A stretch of 64,000 bases of DNA from Tubiluchus corallicola (GCA_030141605.1 JAQGDQ010000062.1:685337-749336), one strand, 5' to 3'. Shown: positions 27,337 to 41,219, numbered from the stretch's first letter. A program made the numbers and translations. The notes: generated by a model not told the origin, from the letters alone.

Positions 27337-29242
27337 CAACTTAGTTAAATTCATTTGGTGTTGTATGTTTCTGCTACGTGGAAGGTGTAGATAAGCCGCG
27401 ACTTTGCTGATAAGTTTTTCTCACTTTTATGCACCAGAGCACCATTAATGTGTACCAGAGCACCTAAGTAATCATATTACTGAATTGCCACCACGTGAAT
27501 GTTTTCATTATTGAAATGCAGATTTTTCATTCTGCATTTTTAAGTCTGTTTACTAAAATGGACATAAAATGAAAAAAATTCACGCAACCTGGGATTTGAA
27601 CCCGGGTTGTGTAAGGCTTGGCTTGCTATTGTACTCGATCATCTCAGACAAAACATGATATGCATTTTACAACTTACAATTTAAAATCATACTGGAATGA
27701 AAATCTTTAATTTAATCGTTCAAAATACGAGATAAATTGCTTTCTCCAAATTCAGCACAGAAAATCATTGTCATGGTTGTTGTATTCTACTTTTGGTATT
27801 TGTGTATGATGCAAGTTTATCACAAAAACAAAACATCTTATTGACAGTTATTAGATAAACAGATAACACTAGCTGTAGCAACTTTTACCAAACACAACAC
27901 TGAGATGCAAAAAATAAATAGCACACGACAGTTTGTTCAGTTTATACAAGTGATGCGTGATTCTAATTCAATCTTGTGCATAGGCAGTACAACTGTGCGC
28001 GCCATAAACAAAAACCAAAAAATGTCAAAAAGTAAATTTACCCTTTTCAACAGAAGCAGCTACCCATCCCTGTGAAGGATAATGTTGCGGTCCATCGTAA
28101 TCAACATTTAGGCTGTTTTTGTCTGGTGTCCTTCTGAACAAAACTTTTACCCCGTCTGCAAAACATTTAAATCCAAGAGAGCATTTAAATAAAACTCAGA
28201 AAATTTGTCCTGAAATTTTATATCGCTTATGTGCTGTCTCATTGCATAGAGAACTTGCATTAGCAGTAACACTGTGTAAAACTTGTAAGTTTAAACTCCC
28301 ACAATGACCGTTAAGCGCAGCTATGTTAACAGCAAGTTGCTTCAAACAAGCTTAAATCACACTGCGTAAAGTTTTAAAAAATAATCATGGCATTTGTAGT
28401 GCACTCTTCATTAACTCAACAAAAATTTAAAGCACTTTGTATTCTCAATAAGATTAATAATGTGCTTTAGGTGAAACAGTGATGCACACTGGGATGGCAA
28501 TAATGTGAATCAGTGATGCACACTGGGATGGCGATGCACTAACTGACACAAACTTTTAAATTATCAATTTTCTTGATGCATAAGTATTTCAAACAGGTTA
28601 ACATTATGATAAGTAATATAACTTTGTGTGGAAAGTTCTTTGGGAGATACTTCAAAATTTCCCTTTCCCTTTGACACAGCAGAATTTGTCACAATTGCTA
28701 CTTTCTTTGCGGACAGAAATTACCTATCTAGCTGTTCATATATAAGTTTAGTACTTTAACGTAGTTAGCAAGCCATCATGAGGGCGAACAGGTATCACAG
28801 GAGAAGGGGCTTTTAAACACTCCTTTGGTGAAGAAAGTTCATCTTAAAAGGTTTTTGTGATTCTCGTTTCTTAGAAATTTTTTAGGTTCATAATGCAGGC
28901 TTTTTGATATTCTAGTCTAAATTTAAAACTCATTGGTTTTAATAGTTTTACTTTCTTGACGTATTTTGGACCCGCATTATACATTTTATAATTTCATGTA
29001 AATTTATTATCTTAGTATGTAATGTTAGAATTGGAACTACACTAACATCTCTTCTTGCCGAGCCTCGCTTTTACGGATATCGATAGAATCGGACAAAATC
29101 TGGACAAAATGTAAATTCACCTTAAAAATTGCCATGCTCTGAACAACGACTGGCTCCCTGAGACCAACAACTTCTCTTGCTACTTTCTGAAGCTTGTTGC
29201 TGAACGTGACTTTTTTAAATTCTAGATTTAACCAATGGAGAG
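27337..29242 (-). pseudogene. PHYHD1: Phytanoyl-CoA dioxygenase domain-containing protein 1-like, partial intron-containing pseudogene
   Basis: Exons 29242-29121 (ALHWLNLEFKKVTFSNKLQKVAREVVGLREPVVVQSMAIFK), 28155-28042 (DGVKVLFRRTPD...WVAASVEK) and 27463-27337 (GALVHINGALVHKSEKNLSAKSRLIYTFHVAETYNTK*I*LSW), all with GT-AG. In-frame stops at 27351-27353 and 27345-27347. The HxD-containing exon, 5' exons and last exon were not found. Confidence 0.82.
27572..27610 (-). mobile_element. tRNA-derived SINE remnant (Pol III B box)
   Basis: Minus strand CCCGGGTTCAAATCCCAGG followed by a T run; no complete cloverleaf. Confidence 0.4.
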
Positions 29243-30014
29243 CTGTAAAAATTATTAATATAAATGCACTGCATGCTAATCAAAGCTTCAATTTATATTC
29301 CAAGTTCATTCATTGAAACAGTCATAAAGAAACAATTATAACACTCACCAATTACTTTGGCAACATTAAACTTTTAAAAACTGAAATACAGTGCCTAGTA
29401 GTGAAACAGCAATTTGAGGTGCAGTACAGAAATATTAGCCAAGTAAAAAGACCCTTCTTCTAGGTGACAACTGACAAGCATATTTTTGGAAAAGAGGAAA
29501 GACTGTTACAGAGGGTGAACTGTCTCCTTGCCTATGTAGGGCCACCAAAAGCATATACAATAAACCCAGAGTCCCAAAGACATATGCAATAACAAATGAT
29601 GTAAATGGGTACATTCAAATACATAGAGCAATTTTATGTATGTAGTGCAATTTCTCACATGCATTCAGGATGTTTGGCATCTCTAATCTAATCAGTGAAC
29701 TAAACAAATGTGATTAAAGTATCATTACATGTTAATTGACTTGCAGTAAGTTAGTTAGAAGCAAGTTAAATTGCAGAAGTTTGTGAAAGTTAATAAGCGA
29801 TACATTAATGATACATAAATTATGATGTTAATAAATTATAATCATCTGTAATACATCAACCTAAAAATATTTACAATGAAAATGTATGGTACTACACTGA
29901 AGCACACAACACACACTAAACTGTGCAAATAAAAAATCAAATACGAAATTGTATAAGCACCTGTGAGTCACATTCATCAGGAACTACTAGTTTTTGTAAT
30001 GAGGCCTTCTCAGT

Positions 30015-31826
30015 TTAGGCAAATGAGTCTGGGAATCGCACCTGAACATCTGTTGTTTTCCTGCACATGGAGAGTGGTGGCTTGTAGAATGTTTTTAGGG
30101 AGTCCGCTCTCTCTCCAACTCGTCCCGAAGCTGGATGCTTGGACTTGTGCATTGGCAGTGGAACAGGTAAGCTCTGGTCAAGCCTTGCTTTCTTTCTTGC
30201 AGGACAAGCACTTTCAGACTCTAAGGTCAAACCATTGTCTTTCTTCACCAGTTTTGTGGCTTCCTCAAGACATTCATCTACTAAAGCTGTCCAATTTCTA
30301 AACTGATCTGGGTCAGCATCCTTGCTGAATTTGTAAGTCAGGTCAATTACCTGTTTCAAAGTGGACCTTGCTGATATCAGATGGTTTTTGAATTGGCCAT
30401 GCCTCAATGGTAATTCACCAATTGAAAAGTTTGCCACCCCATCAGGTTCATCTTCTATTTCGCTACTATCAGACAACTCATGGTACTCTCTCTTGAATGA
30501 AACATGGTCATCTGGAACTCCATGAGTGCTCTGTTCATCTTGAGGTTGAAATTTGACAGTGCCGTCTATGAGCTCCCAATCCAAGTTCAGAACAGGGTGT
30601 TCCCTAGGGAGGCTGCTAATTTCCTCCCAACCGAAACCTACATTTGCCTTGATGACAGCAAAAAAATGCTTGCACAGCATTCTCGAGTGTTGGAATGAAG
30701 GGCAAAGCAGGAACAGCACTCATCACCATTACCAAATTTTACAGTATAAATAGTGGAGGCATCTTGTTCGCTGGAGACATTGAACGTCTTATGTCCAATT
30801 ACTGTAACTGAGGCTACCTAAAAATATGAAACAGTAAGTACTTTTCCTTACATATATCACATTCCTCTGTCTGAAATGCCACTACTAACTTGCCCTCCAA
30901 CTTATTTTTATGTTGCATGCTCATTCATGTTGCCTACTGTGAAGATATCTTTAGCATTTGTTACTTATACAAAACTACGTTTATTGTATCGCTAACCTGT
31001 ACAGAAAGCACATTACATCAACAACATCATGTATTGCAATATATTGCCGAACACTAAGAAACGTGATGTAATACTTATAAACTGAAATCCATTTTTGCCC
31101 TTAATTTCTGATTCAACTATACCATACATGTCCCTGTGACGGCTTCACTTTCTCCATTTTGTCCCACATATCCTCAAAAATTGTTCTTGGCCTGTTCTGC
31201 AGCCAGGATGGGGTTTCCACAGACCAACTTCTGTACAAGTGAGAGCTCTTCACATTCATCTGCTCATACCTGGAAAATGTACGAGATCTGAATTAACAAT
31301 ACAGTTTGCAAATATATCTTAGACATTTTCTTTACCTATAAATAACAGACAACTTTAACCATTGTAACTTCAGAGGACTACACAAACAAGAATACTTGAG
31401 AAACTAGCAAAAGCTACTCCAAGCCAAATAACAACCTTATTACAAAATAAACAAATTTAATATCCCGATTTGGTCACCCTATCTCTCTCATAAAGGTGCT
31501 GCTAATCTGAAAATCAGGAAATTATGTTAGAAAATAATATTCCACTTTAATAATCTTAAAAGTTTGTTTACAAATGTAACTGTAGCTTTCTGTTATTGTT
31601 CAATGAAAAATAATAACAGATATGGTAGATGAACTTTTAAAAAATAGTACCGCTGATATTTTGCTGGCAGAAAGTGTGTTATTAGAACATCCAGCAGTGC
31701 ACTTAAAGAGCACTGCCGCCTCTTGCTGAGAAATCCATATTTCAGATCCTCGTTCATCCTCTCTACACAGTTATTGGTGTTCACAGCCAAGAAGAGTCCT
31801 TCTGGCATATAAGCATTGCTCCATAT
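30015..31826 (-). mobile_element. 3' part of an intron-containing MULE/Mutator-type transposase with SWIM zinc finger (frameshifted, 5' part missing)
   Basis: Phase-consistent exons 31826-31651 (WSNAY..NTNNCVERMNEDLKY..SLSALL..FLP), 31269-31128 (YEQMN..YRSW..PSWLQNRP) and 30817-30015 (FNVSS..YTVKFG..CSC/PSFQHSRMLCKHFFAV, frameshift near 30710). Confidence 0.8.
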
Positions 31827-32060
31827 CTGAACATTTTATCTTAACATAGTGGACATGTTAGCTATACTGAACGTACAGTACAAGCAACTTTACGAAAGCA
31901 AAAGCCTACTTGGTTAGTAAATGGTGACATTTTACATGAACTGACACAATGCTTATCAGATGACATTTTGTTGAGTTTTTGAATTTGCACTTGAACATGA
32001 ACAATTCATTAATTGCTACCCAATTAAAAGTTTAAAGTTGTTATCCAATTATGGTTTAAC

Positions 32061-35000
32061 CAAGGACTACTATACAACAGGACGTGCACGCTCAGATCTC
32101 TGATTCGGCTAGCGGAGGCGATCAATTTTTAACATTTAGTGCTAATAATTTGGACATATTTACCCCCCCATGGTGACCTATAGCATGCCACAATACACAT
32201 AGAACATATTCCTCATTCATCCAGTAATTTAAAAACAGTGGTACCTATGATATCCCCCCCCCCCAAAAGACACCATATCTACAACTCATTGTGTCCCGAT
32301 GATTACCTGTCACTTTCTATAGAGAATAAACAGACTGCACCATTTTGTCAGGACTATATAAACTCATTCATAGGTTCCTCTGTGTAAATTAGAATACATG
32401 AAATTATCGCACTCTGTGTAAATTAAGTTTGGTGATCCTTCTCCAAATTGTGTAGTCCATGCAGCAGTACATTCGCCAGGCGTCTCAGAGCATTTCTTGA
32501 AAATTCTCCAAAATCAAAGTAGGCATTGATTATGGAGAGGATGTTCATGAGCTTGTTGCAGCAGCAGACTGTGTGAGTTGACTTCTTCACAAAACACAAG
32601 CCAGTTGTTACGAATTCGAACGTGAATGTGTGGGGCACTGTAAGACCTCCCCTAGACACTTCTTCAATGAACATTTTCATTTCCTCAGAAAGGAGAGGCT
32701 CATCCTCGGGAAAAGAAATGTCATTTTGGCACTTACTCTCCAACCAACCTGCGACATATGCACACGCGTTCAGTTCAGTTTTGGAAAGAGTCTCGTCAAC
32801 ACAAATCTCCATAATTTTGGCATCCTCGAAATCAATCCCATTGCATGTGTGCAACTGGATTTCGGATGATGTGTCTGTGTCCACAAACTCCAGGAATGAT
32901 GCAGAAAAACGCACCAGTCTCCGCTTGAATGCTGAACAGACATCTCCAGCTTGCATGAATGCATTGGCCCCCCTTGACTGCCTGTAAACTGAGAACTCAC
33001 CCTCTATTCTGTCACTCTGAAGTTCATGCAAATACGTAGTGAAATCCAACAGAAAACTAGTGCCTACAGATAGCGAGGAGTCCCTCCGTGGTCTGAATCA
33101 AAGCTTTTCGCGTATCATGTGTCAGGCATTCAATTCTATTTGGTCCGTGTCCTGATTCGGTTTGCTTAAACAGAGTCAACAACGACTGAAGAGTATCAGA
33201 TGTATCTTGTTGAACAGATCGATCAGGGTCTCTCATCCTCGTGTCTTGACCTCTGGCAGAAACATTTACCACATTCCACCAGCGTAGCACTTGCTGAATG
33301 AATTCTGCAGTATCCTGGGCTCCTCGAAGTCTCAGCGATGCAACGACATGATCGTTGAACACCCTCAGGACATGTTGCACATTCTGGAGCTGAAGTTTCG
33401 ATGGGAAGACTGCAGAATATGTCAAAGGTGTTGAGTTCATCACATTGTCTTTTTCAGCTTTGTAAAGACTTTTTACTTCAGCAAATGAGCCAACAGTTTT
33501 CTTGTCAAACGATAATCTCTGACATTTCTCCGTGATCCAGTTGTTCCTGATACTTTTCAGAATGTGGACGGTATCATACAACAGGAACCACACTCGTGTA
33601 TTTTCCAGGGGATGTTCAGCCTCCCAGTCTGTTCGTCTGGTAAACAATTTGCAGTATTGTTGGTTGATCTTGTGGTTGTCCGTCATGGACCCTAAAACAG
33701 TTCCTCCCGAATTCTCAACCACTGTAGCAGCCTCCTTCACGACAGAGAATTGATATGCAGCAGTCAGCTTGTGAACGGGGGTCACTGATATCATCACGCT
33801 GGGGCCACCATGTAGACATTTAGCCATCACGCATAGCATTGATGTAGCTTTACTGTCTGGCTCATTTTTTGCCATGCCATTTAGCACACCCCCTGAAAAA
33901 GCCACTGTTGGGCGTATTTTCACTTCATCCAACAATAGCATACAGTGTTTCTGCTCAGAGCTTTTCACTTTCTGAAATGTTTTACCTAGCACCTTGTCAA
34001 TATCTGTCGATGAATTAACTGACTGCAGCTTTCTTTTGCTGGGTAACACTAAAAAGTCACGCAGTTATTCGTAATTGCAATGGGGAAATGACTCTATTGC
34101 AAAGCAATAATCAGACACTGTGAAAGTCTTATCACATAATAGTCGAAGCTGTCGTGTTAGAAATTTGAGCTTCTTGGCTTTAGCATTAACACTAGGAGAT
34201 TGTTCTCGATTTTGAGCTAGTTCAAGTTCAAGAGGCTTTGTCACTTTGTTGACAATATCATCAACATGATGAATGTGGTTGACAACAGAATTCACAACCG
34301 CAAAAATTGTGAGTAAGAGGACAGCCCATTGTTTGGACTGAGGATTTTACTTAATGGCACACTGATCCCGTTTTTGAAAGCATACAGAGTAAGAGGGGAA
34401 CACAAGGTAGGCTTATTGTGAACAATAATTGACATATAACATTGACTGTGGTCCTCTTCCATGAACATGCACACAAATTTGTCTTGTGTGCGAGATATAA
34501 TGAGGTTCTGATACGTCTTATGCAGGTCTTTCTCAGGAGTGAATTCATTGAGAGAAGTTATTTTATCCTTTTTAAAGAAATAATTCAGCTGCTGGTCCTC
34601 AGTTTTTGGAGGGCGAGGTGGTGGCTTTGGAGTGGGCAAGCATGATGTTGGAACGTTGAAAATACTGGGTGGATCCACTGGCCTGGTGTGACCACCTGGA
34701 ATTTTGACCATTTGAGTATCCGATGGCCAATGCTTTTCGCAAATGAAAAATTTCGTTGGATCAACAACAAAGCCTTCGCGTGGGGGAAGAACACTTAGCC
34801 ATTTCTGTTTTTCTACATGATCTCTTGGCAGTCTGAACACACGACACTTGTTCTCCGTGTCATAGTTACCTTTGCATTTAACAACACCACACTTGTTAGG
34901 CATGCTGCTGAGCACAGATGTATAAAATCCACAAGAAATTTTGAAAATAATCCACAAAGAAACACGAAAACAACGCTTCACTTGACTTTGAACAATGACA

Positions 35001-35312
35001 CATTAACAATGACAAAGCACTACTTCCGGTAAAACACTTACGCCTAAAGTAGTGCGCCATTTAAAAAGTAAAAATGAACACTAATTTCCTTTGATACATA
35101 AAATAAACAATTGGTACTTTTCTCCCGTAATGTAAAGAACCAATTAAATGAAAAATAATACTCGCTATTTACCGATCCACCCATTCTTTAATTTCCGAGA
35201 TCACTACTCTCTAAAGCGCACTATTTATAGATTACGTTCATACAAGTATTGATCGCCTCCGCTGGCGGAATCAGAGATCTAAGCATGCACATCCTGTGTA
35301 TAGTAGTCCTTG
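32061..35312 (-). mobile_element. Full-length P-element superfamily (THAP transposase) DNA transposon, 3252 bp
   Basis: Imperfect ~65-bp TIRs starting CAAGGACTACTATACA at 32061, with reverse complement ending at 35312. Encloses the transposase below. Flanks (GGTTTAAC left, GTAATCCC right) do not form a TSD. Confidence 0.93.
32423..34903 (-). pseudogene. THAP-domain P-element transposase (THAP9-like), apparently intronless, disrupted
   Basis: N-terminal THAP MPNKCGVVKC..FRLP..W..ICEKHW..P from ATG 34903. Catalytic-region motifs LLLDEVKI, MTDNHKIN, YDTVHILKSIRNNW, LQSDRIEGEFSVYRQ. Frameshifts near 34300, 34065 and 33030; TAG at 33057 where the other copy has TTG. Confidence 0.9.
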
Positions 35313-35569
35313 GTAATCCCATATTAATTTTTTATAGTGTTTTATGTATTCAGGCAAAATAAATTCAATTCGATTCGAATAAATTAGAATAAAAGAAACC
35401 CGGCATAGGATCAGTGAAACTGGAGTGGTCCATTTAACGGGAATAATTGAGGGGCGTGTTGAAAGTGAAAAATGGGTCTGTGAAATGGTCCCTTGTATCT
35501 GCATGCAAAATTTGAGTCACCTACAATGAAACTACGACCTATGAGAGTTTTCAAAAATAAATGTGACAA

Positions 35570-36153
35570 CAACAACACTAACACATAGTGATGCCACACA
35601 ACAATCAATACATACAGTAATGCTGCACAACAATCAATACATACAGTAATGCTGCACAATCAGCACATACAGTAACTGCCACACAACAATCAGCACATAC
35701 AGTAATGCTGCACAATCAGCATATACAGTAACTGCCACACAACAATCAGCACATACAGTAACTGCCACACAACAATCAGCACATAGAGTAACTGCCACAC
35801 AACATCAGCACATACAGTAACTGCCACACAACAATCAGCACATACAGTAACTGCCACACAACATCAGCACATACAATAACTGCCACACAACAATCAGCAC
35901 ATACAGTAACTGCCACACAACAATCAGCACATACAGTAACTGCCACACAACATCAGCACATACAATAACTGCCACACAACAATCAGCACATACAGTAACT
36001 GCTACACAACAATCAGCACATACAGTAACTGCCACACAACAATCAGCACAAACAGTAACTGCCACACAACAATCAGCACATACAGTAACAGCCACACAAC
36101 ATCAGCACATACAGTAACTGCCACAGAACAATCAGCACATACAGTAACTGCCA
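35570..36153. repeat. 30-bp minisatellite (~19 units)
   Basis: Unit CACAACAATCAGCACATACAGTAACTGCCA with 1-3 bp indel variants; lies in the intron after the last detected M13 exon. Confidence 0.95.
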
Positions 36154-36199
36154 ACAATTCCCACTCTTACAACATACAAATTAGAAGTTTTGAACTCAC

Positions 36200-39100
36200 C
36201 TTCATCAAAACATAATTTGTAATGCTGAACTGCTTTTTCAACAGCTTTACTAGGTCCTTCGTACTTCTTTGATAGCAGGGCTGCAAAAAAATGTACAAAA
36301 TAGAATGACTTACACATATGGCTAAAAATATTTCAAGGCAGCATGTTGTTTTTTACATTGTATGTTCCAATCTTTTGGGAAGACCAATATAATTATATAT
36401 CTGTTATTATTAAGTTAATTATATATTAATTAATATATTATATTAATATATAATATAATATAATATAATATAATATAATATAATATAATATAATATAATA
36501 TAATATAATATAATATAATATAATATAATATAATATAATATAATATAATATAATATAATATAATATAATATAATATAATATAATATAATATAATATAATA
36601 TAATATAATATAATATAATATAATATAATATATTAATATATTATATTAATATTATATTATTAATTAATATATATATTAGTAAGCATAAAATAAACAATTT
36701 TTAAAAATGACAACGATCTTACATATATATATATATATATATACATATATATATAAGTTGGCAATTAAGCTTAGTTTTTTAACATTTTCTTGATAATTTG
36801 TAACTAGAATATAAAAGTTAAATACATTTAGTGTTTGTTTTTATAAAAAAAAACATAGACATTTAACCAACTACTTTGAAGCATCATAATGTAGCTTTAA
36901 GTATGACACTTATGGGTGGTTTTAGTTTGCAACCACACATACATATAAAGAAATTGTGGGTTTAATGAATTATTCTGAATTACAATGTGCTAATTAAAAT
37001 ATGAGTATTTTTTGACTGTTGCTTACCACATTATGATACATGTGAACAGCTTTAAACAAAATTTTACTCTGCATAAATTTTACAACTTGCAAAAGATTGA
37101 ACTTCGCCTTAAATTCTGAAACTTGGAAAAGCTTCAAATTTTACAGTTATAAAAAATAAGATAAGATATGCCTACATAAAATGCATAAGACAATTATAAA
37201 TGGTTTATATAGTCTAGTTTCCCGAGGATAATGTGTACATACCTCTCAACTCGCGATATAGTTCCTCGTCCATAATGTCAAAGGTAGACCATATTGCTTT
37301 GTCATCAGGAATGTCATTCTTTTCCTTCCAGCCACCACATGCATAGTGGTAGAAGTCATGACATGGATCTGCGGATAGATCCATGTTGGCAACCAGCGAC
37401 GCAGCTGAGAAAATTGATAATTTAATTATCATTATTTCATTTCGTGCCATTACAGATACAGCCATATATTCACATTACAACATATTATAACAAGGAAAAG
37501 TTAGTATATGGTAACACAAAAAGGAAAGAAATTAATATGCATAAAATAATCAATTTTTAAAAATGACAATGATCTTACATAATCGTACGTAAAATATCAT
37601 TGGTTTTCACTTATCCTTCACAGATAATCTTGCAAACACACATTAAACACATTAATAACTAGGTTTTTAACATTCATGTTACCAACCTCAAAGATAAGCC
37701 ATACTTTCTTCTTAAGTGACAATAACTATCGTTAGTTAAGTACAACATTAATTTAATACTGTCAATGCTCGAGTTTTGAATTTTCTTTACATTATTAATG
37801 TATAATTTATAATATAATAATTCCAGAAGATGAAAAGTAGATTTAAATCAGCATTATCAGGCAGGAAAATAAGAAATCCAAAATAAGCAGACATTGCATT
37901 ACAGTTTCATTAAGAAAAAACAAAAACGAATGATTTGCTTTATTGAACCACAATAGAAAGATTTGAATATTAAAGAACCACTATTATTGCTTTAAAAGTT
38001 ACACAAATTTCCACAATCTTCAGCTCACTTTAAAATAAATACAAGCTAAACAAAAAATTTAAGACTAACATCTCAGAAAATGTAGAAAATGTCAAGGAAG
38101 TTATCAGTTATTACTTATAGTTCTCAGTTACAATTATCAGTTATCATTTATATATGTAGAAGAAGCTTGTTAAGATTTTCCTTAACTCCTTCAGGACCAT
38201 AAGCGTTTACTGCATTTTGCATAGGTTCATGAAAAACTGCTCTCATTAAGCAGCGATTACGTTATATTTGATAATTTTTGTAGGTTTCTACTCCTCGTGC
38301 AATGGATTTTCATGCAAAATTACATATGAAATGCATCTGCTTACCTTAGACAAATTGAAAACTTGTTTTTTAGACTTGAAATTTTGATGAAAAAATTGAA
38401 AAAAGCTTTCAGTAACTGCAGTGTTTGTAGTGTTAGAAAGTACAGTATCGCATGACTAATGCAGCAAATTTCAACTATCCAGACCCAACACTCTAATACA
38501 CTATGGCCATAAGTCTACTCTTGTTTTTAAGGAGAAATTCCCGTTGAAAGATGAAACGAGCTTAATTTGTTCTTGGCTGATTGGTTGGCTTTTCCAGGAA
38601 CTCTGTATGGCAGGCAGTAGGAAGCAGGCGACCAATAAACTAGTGTGTACCTTCACACAAGTGTGCATCAGACCAAGCTACTCAAGTTTGAGTGCGTAAA
38701 GAGGACGTGCTTTTCTTAATTTTAATCCATTTAAATCACTTATCAATGTTTAAACAAATAGCATGATTGGATGGAATAGATTCTCCTGAAGAGAATAAAA
38801 CCTAATTTGTAATCATTTAGTTAAGTCTGTGCTTATATTATAGTACAAAATTCATAGGTCTTATAAAACCTATTTTGAATGGTTCTGAAAGAGTTAATAT
38901 TGCTATAATGATTTCCTTTACACAAGCAACAAGGGAAAATTTTACATTTTGCAGCCACGAAGCAAATGTAATCAAAATTTGTAATTTTGCATCCTACCTG
39001 CTTTAACACAAACTGGTTCATTGCAGATTCTCTCATGCTGCTTCAAGCCTTGAAAAAAAACACATAAAAACATAAAAGTGGAAAAATTATATAATAAATA

Positions 39101-41114
39101 CACAAATGCAATACTAAATTAGAAACACTAAAAAAGTTTCGCACCTCAACTAAGACTCGAACCTAGGCCTTCTACTTTCAGGGCAATGTTAGCCACTACA
39201 CCACCGGGAATTGACATGCACATGAAAAAAATGCCAAAAAGTTTTTCAAAGCAAAAAGTGCTGTCTGAGGTGTGATGTTAAAATAGAACATACAAAAAGC
39301 ATCAAAGACCAGGGCTCTGTCCCAGACATCACCAGTGGAGCTTACAAGGCTCCTTCAGACCCCCTAGCTGAATTTTTGGGGAATCTCCCTACTCTGGCCA
39401 AAAAGTTGCAAAAACTGTATGTGTAAATGCTTGCGTGAATGCTTGTGTGATGTGCATAATGCATATAAATTAGACAATATCTGCTCTTGTATTTATGCTT
39501 GAACGTGCAATTCTTTTTTTAGAATCACAAAGTATCAATTCAAATGTAGAGATGATGACGGTGGTAATACTGATGACGATGACGACAATGACATCGACAC
39601 TAATACTTTTAGAAAAAATTACAGTTACAGTATTTTTGTGAATTTAAATCATAATAAAAGTTTATTCTGTAACAACACAACAATGTTTTGCGTATCAGAA
39701 ACTTTGCTTTTACTTTCTTCTACTTTTCTTTCCTTTCTGCTTTCCCTTCCTCTTTTTTCTCAACATTCTTCATCACTCTCATAAGTTTGCTAATACTATA
39801 GTAATACATCGACGAGATGCTAGCAACGGCAATAGTAACAATAGAAGTGGTTGTTATGTAGTAACAACCATGTTATAATAACTCTGCAGTGCCTATAGCA
39901 GTAGCAACTTTTCATTTTACCAAAATATTCTTGCGCATCAGCTGGAATACAAATTGCACGGCAGTGAAGTGGTTAATTCCGCGTAGCAAATCAGACTGTG
40001 TTAAGCAATATGGGATATCAATGCAAAAATCTCCTACAACTAAGACCAGCTACTCTATAACGTCGCTGGTCGATATGCTGACTAACCATAGATATTACTA
40101 TCGTAACTCACTATATTTATTATGCGAATGGAATTCTAAAGGCGTCGTGACGGACACTGTGAGAAATAGTTGTCGCTATACCATAGATCTAGATAAAAGA
40201 CACACCATCTACAGTAAGTCTATGGGTTATATGAACAAGCAAAGCAGGAGCAAACACACTGGTCGCAAACGCAAGAAAGGCCTAGATATAAGAATATGTG
40301 TAACATGCATAGTGTAAGCCCATTGGAATGTAATTAAAAGGAATGGCCCATTGAAATTAAAATTAATGTAACGTAATACCTTAATTTGCATTACACCAGT
40401 AACAAAATATTCCAAAAATTCAAATTCAACTATACATGTACAGTTTACGTTTTGGGCTGTGAGCAAGATCGCAAATGATTAACCACCATTGACTTAAGAT
40501 AGGTATAATAATACATGTCAGTTTACGTGCTTAAGACCCTGTATGTAAAATTTAGCCTGTCTAAAGATACCTTAATTCTACCTTGCATTCTGGTAACCAT
40601 TACTCCTAAAGCTACAGCGAGTCCTGCTGCAATGAGTAACAAGATGATACATACTGCTAGTAGGGATTTGTGTGATGAACTCCATTTTGACCCACTGAAA
40701 TTAAAAAAGGTTTCTTAATTTGAAATCAGTAAAGAAAATAGTTAATTTAATTACAATAATTAAAATAGTTCTGAAAATTCAATTACTATTACACGATATC
40801 TGCAGTTTTCTCTGCACCTCACTGAAAATTTTGAAAAGCATTTTCATTTGTATAAGCATAATTTGAAAAGTAACACTAACAACACAGGTCAGTGAATTTA
40901 TGTTGTACTGACTTGCACACAAATAACGTAGTGGCAATAAATAAAAAAGTTTCCACTAGCTTATGTCTAAACTCTAAAAACTTCCAGTATACTAAATTTT
41001 ATTATCTTAAAAACTCGTAATAATTGTTCTGTAATGAGTTGGCAAAACTGTTATTACGAAGGCATGGGTAAGCTCTAATAATAATAAGGATAATAATAAT
41101 AACAATAATAATAA

Positions 41115-41168
<54 letters not shown>

Positions 41169-41219
41169 GATGATAATGATATGATGATAATGATAATGAT
41201 AATGACAATGATAATAATG

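Noticed and set aside
27351-27353. TGA at a conserved Trp position of PHYHD1 as recoding or an alternative genetic code
   Set aside because: A TAA follows two codons later and the other genes use TGG for Trp; simple pseudogenisation fits better.
32622-35032. Plus-strand ORFs overlapping the P transposase (and similar ones over the gypsy and MULE fragments)
   Set aside because: Antisense shadows of coding sequence with no independent motifs.
35835-36095. Cys-rich ORF (AVTVCADCCV)n resembling metallothionein
   Set aside because: Translation of the 30-bp minisatellite; unit indels break the frame.
36683-37581. ~43-bp direct repeat at 36683-36725 and 37539-37581 flanking an M13 exon
   Set aside because: Real but short and AT-rich; no evidence of exon duplication or element boundaries.
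39131-39208. Functional tRNA gene
   Set aside because: A and B boxes are present but the cloverleaf stems do not pair; kept only as a SINE-like remnant.
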